24,000 bases of DNA from positions 97,502 through 121,501 of the forward strand of contig CAVSLK010000009.1 of the NCBI GenBank assembly GCA_963728685.1, given 5' to 3'. Both the position numbers and the translations under genes were made by a program. This document shows positions 7,988 to 16,092 of the stretch, in pieces. The first letter of the stretch is position 1. Each line of letters starts with the position of its first letter. Below the pieces are notes generated by a model that searched no databases, was not told where the DNA came from, and was given only the letters and a program-made list of their open reading frames with translations. The DNA is from an uncultured Acidobacteriota bacterium. Lineage in GTDB: Bacteria > Acidobacteriota > Blastocatellia > Pyrinomonadales > Pyrinomonadaceae.

Positions 7988-8011
7988 TGAAAGTTACCTC
8001 CAATGGGAAAA
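7979..8011 (-). promoter_or_regulatory. Candidate translation-initiation hairpin over the XRE start codon
   Basis: 11-bp perfect arms TTTTCCCATTG (7979-7989) and CAATGGGAAAA (8001-8011). The start codon is in one arm. GGAGG lies at the base and in the loop. Confidence 0.6.
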
Positions 8012-8032
8012 TGTGATAATCGTTTTTGCGTC

Positions 8033-8050
8033 TAGCGTTAATTAACGCTA
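8033..8050. promoter_or_regulatory. 18-bp perfect palindrome, candidate operator
   Basis: TAGCGTTAATTAACGCTA, upstream of the XRE gene at 7987 (-). Confidence 0.45.
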
Positions 8051-8301
8051 AGCTTGGATTGTTTGAAGAATTCGCCGTAAGTTTAAGAATATTTCTTACG
8101 GTTTTCATCGTCGCCTAGATTTTGATTTCCTTTGGAATTACAGATAACTTTATCTCTCAAATCCGAAAAGGCAAAGAGCAGAACAGTATTTTGACAAAGG
8201 GACAAGCGTCTGCGAAGGAGGGCTGATTTTCACATGGGGCACAAGTAGACCGAAAGATCCGGCATTGCCCATAAAATAAACGAATGACGATAAATAATGA
8301 A

Positions 8302-8402
8302 GTCAGTACCGGGAACGCAGTGACCGGCTCCTGAGCGCAGCGAAAATGCTTCCAACTCGCTAAATCAAATTAATAGCCGGTCACTGCGTTCCCGGTACTG
8401 AC
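8302..8402. repeat. 28-bp perfect inverted repeat with 45-nt spacer
   Basis: GTCAGTACCGGGAACGCAGTGACCGGCT (8302-8329) and AGCCGGTCACTGCGTTCCCGGTACTGAC (8375-8402). Confidence 0.9.
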
Positions 8403-8425
8403 CCGCTGCCGACTTGAAGGAATTT

Positions 8426-8681
8426 ATGGACAAAGTCGAAAAACCCAAAAGATTGGCCGAGAAATTGCTGCGCATTCGCCTCAAATTAGGATTATCCCAG
8501 GCGAAAATGGCTGAGGCTTTGGGGCAAGTATGGCGTGAAGAAACACCGGAGCTCTATACGCTCTTATGAGAACGACGATCGGCTGCCTTCTCCTTTGGCT
8601 GCGCTCGCTTATGCCAAACTCGCTAAAGTTTCAATCGATCTACTTATCGACGACGAAAGAGACTTGCCTAAAGGTTTTTAG
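8426..8681 (+). pseudogene. Frameshifted small XRE-family HTH gene
   Basis: Frame 1: MDKVEKPKRLAEKLLRIRLKLGLSQAKMAEALGQ..., stop at 8567-8569. The family C-terminus continues in another frame from 8565: YENDDRLPSPLAALAYAKLAKVSIDLLIDDERDLPKGF*, stop 8679-8681. Confidence 0.8.
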
Positions 8682-8690
8682 AGTTCATCA

Positions 8691-8723
8691 GCGGGCGCAA
8701 GCGGCCCTTCCGGACCTGAGAGG
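8691..8723 (+). repeat. GCGGGCGCAAGC-family short repeat downstream of the XRE pseudogene
   Basis: GCGGGCGCAAGCGGCCCTTCCGGACCTGAGAGG. Confidence 0.75.
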
Positions 8724-8787
8724 TAATTATATTGCGCTTTTTTTTAAGATAAATATGTTCATTCCCAGGACAATTGTCTAAAAAAAT

Positions 8788-8813
8788 AAAGGCCGGATCT
8801 TCACCCGGCCTTT
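8788..8813. terminator. Terminator-like hairpin downstream of the aldolase gene
   Basis: AAAGGCCGG atcttcac CCGGCCTTT. Confidence 0.8.
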
Positions 8814-8834
8814 CATTTATTTTAACGATAAGTT

Positions 8835-9911
8835 TTACGCGATGGTGATCTCTTTTGTCAGATAAACATCCTGGATCGAATTGAGCAGTTCCACGCCTTC
8901 GCTCATCGGGCGCTGGAAGGCCTTGCGGCCGGAGATGAGCCCGGTGCCGCCGCCGCGTTTGTTGACCACGGCGGTGCGCACGGCGTCGGCCAGGTCGCTC
9001 GCGCCCTTTGATTCGCCGCCGGAATTGATCAGGCCCGCGCGCCCCATGTAGCAATTCGCCACCTGGTAGCGGACGAGGTCGATCGGATTATCGGTGGTCA
9101 GTACTTCGTAGACTTTTTTGTTCGTCTTGCCGTAGCTGCCTTCTTTGTTGAGCGCAGTGTAGCCGCCGTTTCGCTCGGGAAGTTTTTGCTTGATGATGTC
9201 CGCCTGGATGGTCACGCCGAGGTGATTTGCCTGCGCGGTCAGATCGGCCGCCGCGTGCATGTCCCCTTCCGCCGTTTTGAATTTCGAATTGCGCAGGTAG
9301 CACCAGAGGATCGTCGCCAGGCCCAGCTCGTGCGCGTAGGCAAAAGCTTCGGAAACCTCGGTGATCTGGCGGGTCGATTCGTCCGATCCGAAATAGATGG
9401 TCGCCCCGACGGCCACGGCGCCCATGTCGCGCGCCTGGTCCACCGTGCCGAACATCACCTGGTCAAATTTGTTTGGCAGCGTCAAAAGCTCGTTGTGATT
9501 TATCTTTACGATAAAGGGAATTTTGTGCGCAAATTTTCGCGCCACCACGCCCAGCACGCCGAAGGTCGAAGCCACCGCGTTGCAGCCGCCTTCCATTGCC
9601 AGCCTGACGATGTTTTCCGGGTCGAAATACTGCGGGTTGGGCGCAAAACTCGCGCCCGCGCTGTGCTCTATGCCCTGGTCGACGGGCAAAATGGAAAGAT
9701 AACCCGTCCCCGAAAGCCGGCCGTGTTCAAACAGCGACTGCAAAGAACGCAGCACGCCCGGGTTGCGGTCGGAATATACCCAGACACGGTCGATAAAATC
9801 CGCACCCGGCAGATGCAGATCGTTTTTTGAAATAGTACTGCAGGTATGACCTAGCAAAGTATCGGCTTCCGCGCCCAGATACTCCTGAATTTTACTCAGT
9901 TCGATAGCCAT
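8835..9911 (-). CDS. fbaB: Class I (DhnA-type) fructose-bisphosphate aldolase
   Basis: [74 protein letters not shown] and [14 protein letters not shown]. Confidence 0.93.
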   Translation of the reverse strand: MAIELSKIQEYLGAEADTLLGHTCSTISKNDLHLPGADFIDRVWVYSDRNPGVLRSLQSLFEHGRLSGTGYLSILPVDQGIEHSAGASFAPNPQYFDPENIVRLAMEGGCNAVASTFGVLGVVARKFAHKIPFIVKINHNELLTLPNKFDQVMFGTVDQARDMGAVAVGATIYFGSDESTRQITEVSEAFAYAHELGLATILWCYLRNSKFKTAEGDMHAAADLTAQANHLGVTIQADIIKQKLPERNGGYTALNKEGSYGKTNKKVYEVLTTDNPIDLVRYQVANCYMGRAGLINSGGESKGASDLADAVRTAVVNKRGGGTGLISGRKAFQRPMSEGVELLNSIQDVYLTKEITIA

Positions 9912-9988
9912 TAAATAAGTCTCCTGATTTAATTAAAGATAAATAAATTATTGTAATAAAAACCGCTTTAACCTTGATTGTATCATAG

Positions 9989-10041
9989 GTTCAGAGTTAC
10001 GCCTTTAGGCGTGATTCCCGCGTAAAGGCGTAACTCTGAAC
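9989..10041. repeat. 19-bp perfect inverted repeat of the GTTCAGAGTTACGC family
   Basis: GTTCAGAGTTACGCCTTTA (9989-10007) and TAAAGGCGTAACTCTGAAC (10023-10041), 2 nt from the YceI stop. Confidence 0.85.
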
Positions 10042-10043
10042 TT

Positions 10044-10727
10044 TTATTCCCCCGGCGTGGCCGCGGGTTTCGGCGCCGGCAGATTAGCTTCGATCTGCAG
10101 CCAGATCTTGATGTTGTCGTCCACCTGCAGGGTTCCGTCCGGCAGAGCTTTATTATATTTGACGTTGTATTCCTGGCGGTTGATCATGGTCTCAGCCGAA
10201 ACGCCCATTCTGGCCCCGCCGTTCGGAGATTTTACAAAACCCAGCATGCCAAACGGAAAGCTGATCTGTTTGGTCACGTCCTTTATAGTAAAGTCGCCGG
10301 TCACTATCAAGCCCTTACCCTTCTTTTCGATTTTGGTGCTTTTAAAGGTGATCTCCGGATATTTTTCCACCTCGAAAAAATCGGCGGTTCGCAGGTGGTT
10401 GTCACGCCCCGTAACGCCGGTATCGACGCTCGTGGCCTTGGCCGTAAAAGTAACGGACGATTTGGTCACGTCCACCGAATCGTAAATGATCGCGCCCTGG
10501 AAATCGCGGAAAAATCCCGGTACTTCTATCAGCCCGTAATGTTTGGCCTTGAAACCGATAAAAGTGTGCGCCTTGTCGAAATTATAAGTGCCCGACGGGC
10601 CGTTCGTATCGGGCTTCGCTGCGGCAAAGCGATCCGTCACGGAAGTATTTTCGGCGGTCGTGGAAAATACGGACACAACAAGCGCGGCGGCCAGCGCAAA
10701 TATCACAAAAAGTAAAACTCTTTTCAT
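10044..10727 (-). CDS. Secreted YceI family protein
   Basis: SGTYNFDKAHTFIGFKAKHYGLIEVPGFFRDFQGAIIYD, VTGRDNHLRTADFFEVEKYPEITFKSTKIE and ITGDFTIKDVTKQISFPF. Confidence 0.93.
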   Translation of the reverse strand: MKRVLLFVIFALAAALVVSVFSTTAENTSVTDRFAAAKPDTNGPSGTYNFDKAHTFIGFKAKHYGLIEVPGFFRDFQGAIIYDSVDVTKSSVTFTAKATSVDTGVTGRDNHLRTADFFEVEKYPEITFKSTKIEKKGKGLIVTGDFTIKDVTKQISFPFGMLGFVKSPNGGARMGVSAETMINRQEYNVKYNKALPDGTLQVDDNIKIWLQIEANLPAPKPAATPGE

Positions 10728-10801
10728 TTCACAAAAACCCTTTCTTGCAGATTATAGATAGATAATAAATTAATCTTATCTTTATTGAAAGACCGTGATC
10801 G

Positions 10802-12196
10802 CTATTGACAGAATTCATTCCGCAAAGCCCTTAGTATCTCTACCATCGCCAGGGTGTCCTGCGCGCAGTATTCCAGCAGGCTCGCGCGGATGCTGTCTCG
10901 TTCTTCCACGCTCTTTTGTTTTGCCACCATACCGAGCCATATCGCCGCCGCGGCCGAGCCTTCTTTTATTTCCAGATGCTCGTAGTTCAGACCGGGCAAT
11001 AAAACCGGCAGCACATTTTTTATCGAATAACTCCCTTTGAATTTTGCGTCGATGTAAAGCCCCTTGCTGAAAATTCCCATCAGATCGAAAGTCCGCCGGT
11101 TGATCGATTCGAGATACCCGGCAAACTCCGGGTATTTTGTGCCCATATTTTTGTTGCTGGTATTTTCATAAGAGCTCCAAACCACTACCGTTCCGCCTTC
11201 TTCATTTATTATCTCGCGCATGGCGCTTAAAAGAGCCGGGACAGGCTCCGTTTCACCGTCCGATAAAAATTCAGCGTGCCTAAGCTCGCTGCCGTCGCTA
11301 CCCAAGATATGAACGGAAAATTGAAACACGACGACCTGGAACGGGCGATAACCGTCATAAACAGGTATCGCCGGATTGGCGGTTTCGTAATCGAGAAAAT
11401 AAACGGGGTATTCCAGCGGGCCGAGAATTTCCCGGATCTCGGTTGCGGACGCGTGACGCTGCCCGGATCTGGCAATATCTATCTGCCTGCGCTGGCGCGG
11501 GGTAAGTTCAAACTCTTCGGGAACGTCCAGCATATTCAGTATTCCCATCCCGAGCAGTTGGCCGAGTTTTTTCGCCGGGAAATTACTGATGTCGAAGATA
11601 GTATGCTCGGGAATGTCCTTATGAAAATGCCCGATGAATGCGCACTCCAGTTTGTCTTTACAATACCCGGCAAGGTCCTTATCCGGCTCCGCTTCCAGGT
11701 AATCGAGCGCTTCGGCCATCTTTTCTTTTGTTTCGGCGATCCGCGCCTCGACAGGTTTCGTCACGTCTTCGATCTTTAAAAGCTTCTCCGGTTCGATGTC
11801 TCCCTGCCTGATATATTCCTTGTTGACGTGAACGAGAAAAGTTTTTTTAACCGGGGCCCCGGCCATTTCCGCGACGGCCTTTTGGAAAGCAATGTCGTCT
11901 ATATGTTCTTCCTTGACGCTGCCTGACGATTTTACTTCGTAGATGGAGTCATTGGCATAAATATCAGCCTTGGCCAGAAACCGGCTGGTTTCAAAACGTT
12001 TTTCAAATTCACAACTGCCGTACCCCCCGCGGCTAAAGAGGGATTGTGCCTGCAGTTGCACCTGGTAACCCATGTCTTTCAGGTACCTGACACCGATACT
12101 GTCTTCCTGCGAAAACAATTCCGGCATATGATGCCGCAGCCAGAATTCGCGGGGACAATAGAGATAGCTTAAATATCCGGATTTGGTGAGTTTCAT
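10802..12196 (-). CDS. DUF2779-like protein: N-terminal RecB/Cas4-like PD-(D/E)xK nuclease plus C-terminal DEDD/RNase H-fold exonuclease-like domain
   Basis: N-term: LSYLYCPREFW, KADIY, YEVKSS, QKAVAE, YCKDKLEC. C-term: VYFLDYETANPAIPVYDGYRPFQVVVFQFSVH, VVWSSYENT, YCAQDTLAMVEI. Confidence 0.82.
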   Translation of the reverse strand: MKLTKSGYLSYLYCPREFWLRHHMPELFSQEDSIGVRYLKDMGYQVQLQAQSLFSRGGYGSCEFEKRFETSRFLAKADIYANDSIYEVKSSGSVKEEHIDDIAFQKAVAEMAGAPVKKTFLVHVNKEYIRQGDIEPEKLLKIEDVTKPVEARIAETKEKMAEALDYLEAEPDKDLAGYCKDKLECAFIGHFHKDIPEHTIFDISNFPAKKLGQLLGMGILNMLDVPEEFELTPRQRRQIDIARSGQRHASATEIREILGPLEYPVYFLDYETANPAIPVYDGYRPFQVVVFQFSVHILGSDGSELRHAEFLSDGETEPVPALLSAMREIINEEGGTVVVWSSYENTSNKNMGTKYPEFAGYLESINRRTFDLMGIFSKGLYIDAKFKGSYSIKNVLPVLLPGLNYEHLEIKEGSAAAAIWLGMVAKQKSVEERDSIRASLLEYCAQDTLAMVEILRALRNEFCQ

Positions 12197-12216
12197 ATAA
12201 ATATTTGTTGCAACAA

Positions 12217-12675
12217 CTATTTTTTGGTCAAGATCAGTAAGGCGTTGAGCTTTTCCAGCATTTCCCTGCCTAAAGGCCCCAGGTGTTTTCTGAGCGCCGT
12301 CTGAATATCAGCGTCCAGGGCCTGCAAAACTTGCCTTCCGGCTTCGGTTATTCTTGCGATGGTCACGCGCCGGTCCTTTTCGTATCGCTCACGCCCGATC
12401 AAACCGCGCTTTTCCAGGCGGTCGAGCAGGCGGGTAATATCGGAATCTTTTGTTACCAGGCGCCTGCCGATCTCACTGCATGCCAGCCCGCGCCCGCTGT
12501 TACGCAGGATCCGTAAAACACTGTATTGTATATAGCTTAGTTCAAGCGGCTTTAATATTTCCGAGATCTTTCCGGCCAAACCGTTCGCCGTCCGCTGCAG
12601 ATTAAGAAAAACTTCCTCTTCCAGGCTCGAAAAAGGGCGGTTTGGCTTAGATTCGGAGTGTGTTTCGCTGTTCAC
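12217..12675 (-). CDS. MarR family transcriptional regulator
   Basis: LSYIQYSVLRILRNSGRGLACSEIGRRLVTKDSDITRLLDRLEKRGLIGRERYEKDRRVTIARITEAGRQVL. Confidence 0.95.
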   Translation of the reverse strand: MNSETHSESKPNRPFSSLEEEVFLNLQRTANGLAGKISEILKPLELSYIQYSVLRILRNSGRGLACSEIGRRLVTKDSDITRLLDRLEKRGLIGRERYEKDRRVTIARITEAGRQVLQALDADIQTALRKHLGPLGREMLEKLNALLILTKK

Positions 12676-12907
12676 GGCTAGATATTAGTCGTTATAACAA
12701 CTATTGTCAATGATAGAGAGAGGTTAGCCGCGGATTTTACGGATAAACGCGGTAAAATTTGATTACGGTTCCGGGTAAATCTGTGTTTCTCCGCGGCTGA
12801 TTTATTTTCTGCAATTATTGCCGGCAAAAAACATTCAAACAAATGGTCTTATTTCTTGCGGAACTTCGCCTTACGTATTGAGGCGATAGCCGGGGAAACG
12901 GTCATTT

Positions 12908-13828
12908 ATGATATCAAGGGTCTTAATAACATTTATTTTATCGGTGCTGACGATCACGGCGGCGGCGGGGCCGGTGTATGGCGCGGCGGCGGTGAGGACC
13001 ACGCGGAAAATATTCCTGGGCGACACGCAAGTAAAGATCAACGTATATGAAAACGCGGGCAGCGCCCTTACTTTTATCGCGCCGCATCACAACGAGCAGA
13101 CGGGTTTGAGGCTGGCAAAGGAGTACGTGGAAAAATACGGCGGCCGCCTGATCGAGATCGAATCGTTCGATAGCAAAGGCGCTCCCTCCCGCTACCTGAG
13201 TTTTACCGCCAATGGCAAATCTTACACTATCGATCCCAACCGTATCTTCACCGAGAACGGCAGAAGCTGCGCCGGCGGCCTTTCGGAAGTCGGGCCCCAG
13301 GTCGAAGCTTTCGCCGCAGAGGTGTTAAAAGTTTTGCTCACCGAAGGTAAAGAGCTTCCCGCCGGCGAAAGATTCCTGGTCGCCGTTCATAACAATACTG
13401 ACGTCGATTCGAAAACCGAGAACGCGCGGCCTAACGACCTGACGGCTTACGCTTTTGTGCGGGCCTCTTTTACCAAAGAACTTTCGCACGGTATTTTTCA
13501 GGAACAGGCCGAAGGCGTTTATCTTTCAAACACTGAGGACGACCAGGATAATTTCATCTTTCTGTCCACGCCGAAATACGTCGGCTACTTTGCCGAAAGA
13601 GGCTTCAACGTGGTGGTGCAAAAATCGGCGGCAAAACTCCAGTCGCAAAAATGCAGCGTCGATGACGGTTCGCTCTCTGTTTTTTCCGCCCGTCAAAATA
13701 TTTCCTACATCTGTCTCGAGGCCGACTCCGCGACCGGCGATTATCGCCAGCGTCAAATGCTCGCGGCGGTTTATCAACTGGCCAAACAGGAAAACGAAAT
13801 TCCTCCGGCGGCGGTGGCAAAGAAATAA
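12908..13828 (+). CDS. Hypothetical secreted protein
   Basis: Signal-like N-terminus, continuous 306-aa ORF, APHHNEQTGLRLAKEYVEKYGG and LVAVHNNTD motifs. Not assigned to a family. Confidence 0.75.
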   Translation: MISRVLITFILSVLTITAAAGPVYGAAAVRTTRKIFLGDTQVKINVYENAGSALTFIAPHHNEQTGLRLAKEYVEKYGGRLIEIESFDSKGAPSRYLSFTANGKSYTIDPNRIFTENGRSCAGGLSEVGPQVEAFAAEVLKVLLTEGKELPAGERFLVAVHNNTDVDSKTENARPNDLTAYAFVRASFTKELSHGIFQEQAEGVYLSNTEDDQDNFIFLSTPKYVGYFAERGFNVVVQKSAAKLQSQKCSVDDGSLSVFSARQNISYICLEADSATGDYRQRQMLAAVYQLAKQENEIPPAAVAKK

Positions 13829-13860
13829 AGTTTTGAGTCCCGCCTTTAGGCGGCCTTCTT

Positions 13861-13934
13861 AGGCAGAAACGCGACAGTTATGGAGCGTGTCTTTTAACAT
13901 TTATACACGCTCCATAACTGTCGCGTTTCTGTCT
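13861..13934. repeat. Near-perfect 30-bp inverted repeat (long hairpin) between co-oriented genes
   Basis: AGgCAGAAACGCGACAGTTATGGAGCGTGT (13861-13890) and ACACGCTCCATAACTGTCGCGTTTCTGtCT (13905-13934). One mismatch, 14-nt loop. Confidence 0.9.
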
Positions 13935-13963
13935 AATTGTGTTAATCTTCTCCCAACCAGAGT

Positions 13964-14662
13964 ATGGAAATTTCCGTCATCATCCCGACCTTCAACGAAG
14001 AATTGATCATCAAGAAAACACTCGACGCATTGTCGCGGCTGGTTAACGTGTCGGAGGTGGTGGTGGTGGACGGCGGCAGCACGGATAAAACGCTGGAGAT
14101 CATTGAAAGCTACGCGGGGCTAAAAAAACTCACGCTGATCAAAACCGCCGAGGCCAACCGCAGCCGCCAGCTAGACGCGGGCACGCGCGCCGCGGCGGGC
14201 GACATCTTCTGGTTCGTGCACGCCGACACGCGCCCCGTTCAGGGCTGCGGCGCAAAGATCAAAGGCGTGATGAAATACAGCGAGGTCGCCGGGGGAAATT
14301 TCGAGATCCTCTTTGACGGCGACAGTCGCTGGGCACATTTCCTCAACCGCCTTTACCCCTACCTGCGCTCGCTGGATATGGTCTACGGCGATTCGGCGAT
14401 GTTTGCCGGCCGCGCGGCCTATGAAAAAGTGGGAGGTTTTAGGCCCGCTTACGGTATTTTCGCCGACGTCGATCTTTTCCGGCGCCTGCGAAAGACGGGC
14501 GATTTTATTCACCTGCCGCAATCGGTCGTGATCTCGCAGCGCAGGTTCACCGACCGGCCTTTTTTCTTTCCCATGATAGGCTGGCTGGCGCTCCAGGGGC
14601 TCTACTGGATCGGCGTTCCCGGAAAAACCCTGGCGAAATATTCCACGCCGTCCAAACGGTAA
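13964..14662 (+). CDS. Family 2 glycosyltransferase, TIGR04283-like
   Basis: MEISVIIPTFNEE, VVVDGGSTDKTLEI, NRSRQLDAGTRAAAGDIFWFVHADT, YGDSAMFAGRAAYEKVGGFRP and VVISQRRF. Confidence 0.9.
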   Translation: MEISVIIPTFNEELIIKKTLDALSRLVNVSEVVVVDGGSTDKTLEIIESYAGLKKLTLIKTAEANRSRQLDAGTRAAAGDIFWFVHADTRPVQGCGAKIKGVMKYSEVAGGNFEILFDGDSRWAHFLNRLYPYLRSLDMVYGDSAMFAGRAAYEKVGGFRPAYGIFADVDLFRRLRKTGDFIHLPQSVVISQRRFTDRPFFFPMIGWLALQGLYWIGVPGKTLAKYSTPSKR

Positions 14663-14711
14663 TTTTTCGGGCAGGTGTAAATATTTCGCCTTTACCCTTT
14701 TACCCTCACAC

Positions 14712-14772
14712 TTCCTGGAGGCTCCCCTCACGAAGGAGGGGTGGCGCGCGCTTCGCGCGACGGGTGGTTCTT
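14712..14772. repeat. GC-rich REP-like repeat with two small hairpins
   Basis: CTCCCCTCACGAAGGAGGGGTGGCGCGCGCTTCGCGCGACGGGTGG. Repeat status is inferred from structure. Confidence 0.5.
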
Positions 14773-14797
14773 CACATTCGTCAAATAAAAGCTAAGA

Positions 14798-14898
14798 GCG
14801 GGCGCAAGCGGCCTTCCGGACTGCAAATTTATTAGACTTTAATATTTACCATTCAAGTTGGAATGTCTCTCAGGTCGGGAAGGGTTGCTTGCGCCCGC
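14798..14898. repeat. Inverted pair of GCGGGCGCAAGC-family short repeats
   Basis: Copy on + at 14798-14821 (GCGGGCGCAAGCGGCCTTCCGGAC). Copy on - at 14867-14898 (reverse complement GCGGGCGCAAGCaaCCCTTCCcGACCTGAGAG). Confidence 0.75.
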
Positions 14899-14905
14899 TT
14901 TTAAT

Positions 14906-15169
14906 TTATTTGTATTTCGCCGGCAGATCCAATTCGTCGTCGATCAAAACATCCGTCGAAATTCGCGCTACTTTCGCATACGCTCTTAAGATCAGAAGCG
15001 ACGGTAACGAGTGTCCGGTTTCATAATTTCCAACATAACCTCGATAAATCTTTACGTCTTGACGCGCCAAAGCATCGGCCATTTCTGATTGCGAGAAATT
15101 AAGAGCAATCCGAATTTGCTTAAGTTTCTCCGCTATTCGCTTAGGTTTTTCTTCTTTAGCTTTACCCAT
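14906..15169 (-). CDS. Small XRE-family helix-turn-helix protein
   Basis: RIAEKLKQIRIALNFSQSEMADALARQDVKIYRGYVGNYETGHSLPSLLILRAYAKVARISTDVLIDDELDLPAKYK. ATG at 15169 with AAGGAG upstream; the track's 15172 start is TTG. Confidence 0.9.
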   Translation of the reverse strand: MGKAKEEKPKRIAEKLKQIRIALNFSQSEMADALARQDVKIYRGYVGNYETGHSLPSLLILRAYAKVARISTDVLIDDELDLPAKYK

Positions 15170-15438
15170 CAAGAAAAAACTCCTTGACAGGTAAATTCAA
15201 ATGGCCTAAGATTGCCTGTAGATACAGGCAGTAATTCGGTCTTGAAATAGCACGCCGTATTCTTTTGAATATGGCCGCGCGAGTAGATCAAGATTTATTG
15301 CCCGTAGAGGTCAGTGGCATTCGATGCTCGTTTTCAAAGATGTGGGATGACGAAAGAAATTGTAGCATCCCTGTCAATTTTCACCGCCGAAGCGGTGAGT
15401 AGCAATAAATATAGCATTCTTACCGGACTCCCAAAACT

Positions 15439-15705
15439 ATGGAACAACGTGAAATTGCCTCGTTGGAAGTTGAAACCCGGCCGCTGCCCGGACAGGTCTT
15501 TTATATTTTAGATAAAAACGCTTCGGAGGTTACTCCTCCGATCGGAGCCGGCTACGCGAAAATTATCAACCTGTTAAGAAGCGAGGCGGTCAAAATTTTT
15601 ATCACCGACAGGCAAGGAAAAGCCAAAATAGAAGGCTTAAAAGCAGGAACCTATTATGTCTGCGGTGTAGGTGAACAAGAAGCGGAGTTTGGAATGTCCG
15701 GATAG
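15439..15705 (+). CDS. Hypothetical protein, possibly a truncated gene fragment
   Basis: 88-aa ORF, MEQREIASLEVETRPLPGQ...IINLLRSEAVKIFITDRQGKAKIEGLKAGTYYVCGVGE. Looks like part of a larger beta-sandwich protein and ends abruptly before the repeat at 15755. Confidence 0.4.
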   Translation: MEQREIASLEVETRPLPGQVFYILDKNASEVTPPIGAGYAKIINLLRSEAVKIFITDRQGKAKIEGLKAGTYYVCGVGEQEAEFGMSG

Positions 15706-15754
15706 ACCTGAAGCCGGGCAAAAATAGTTTGAAATTGGATAACCAGAGTAACCA

Positions 15755-15837
15755 TTCGGAATAGATGAAAGATAATAGCTGATAGCTGAGAGATTCCTGT
15801 CTAATATCTATAATCCATCAGTTTCATCTATTCCGAA
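15755..15837 (+). repeat. 83-bp palindromic MITE/REP-like element, copy 2
   Basis: TTCGGAATAGATGAAAGATAATAGCTGATAGCTGAGAGATTC...ATCTATTCCGAA. Same length as copy 1, opposite orientation. Confidence 0.8.
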
Positions 15838-15845
15838 AATGTTTC

Positions 15846-15920
15846 GGGAGCGAGGCTGTGCCTGCATGTGGGAGACTGAGCGCGAAAGACGCGTCAGGCA
15901 GGCAAGGTGCCCGCGCTCCC
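15846..15920. repeat. GC-rich palindromic REP-like element
   Basis: GGGAGCGaGGctgtGCCTGC ... GCAGGCaaggtgCCcGCGCTCCC, with an inner CTGAgCGCG/CGCGtCAG stem. Confidence 0.55.
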
Positions 15921-16092
15921 CCCGGGCCTATACCGTAAAAGTAGAAATACCCAATTTACACCACTACCATTTTTTCCTTGCCATCGATTGCTCTAAGCGC
16001 TATGATTTCCCTATAGCCCGCTCGCATTTGAAATAATTATCTCTCCTGATAAGACTCTCCTTAAATATCTTAATGAAGGAAGGGACATCTTT

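Noticed and set aside
9186-9830. 214-aa plus-strand ORF
   Set aside because: Fully antisense to the FBP aldolase. His/Arg-rich shadow composition.
11276-11779. 167-aa plus-strand ORF
   Set aside because: Antisense to the DUF2779-like nuclease gene, with no domain of its own.
10802-12196. Cas4 / CRISPR adaptation gene
   Set aside because: Only Cas4-like motifs are present. The C-terminal DEDD-like domain and lack of cas1, cas2 or an array point to a DUF2779-type stand-alone nuclease.
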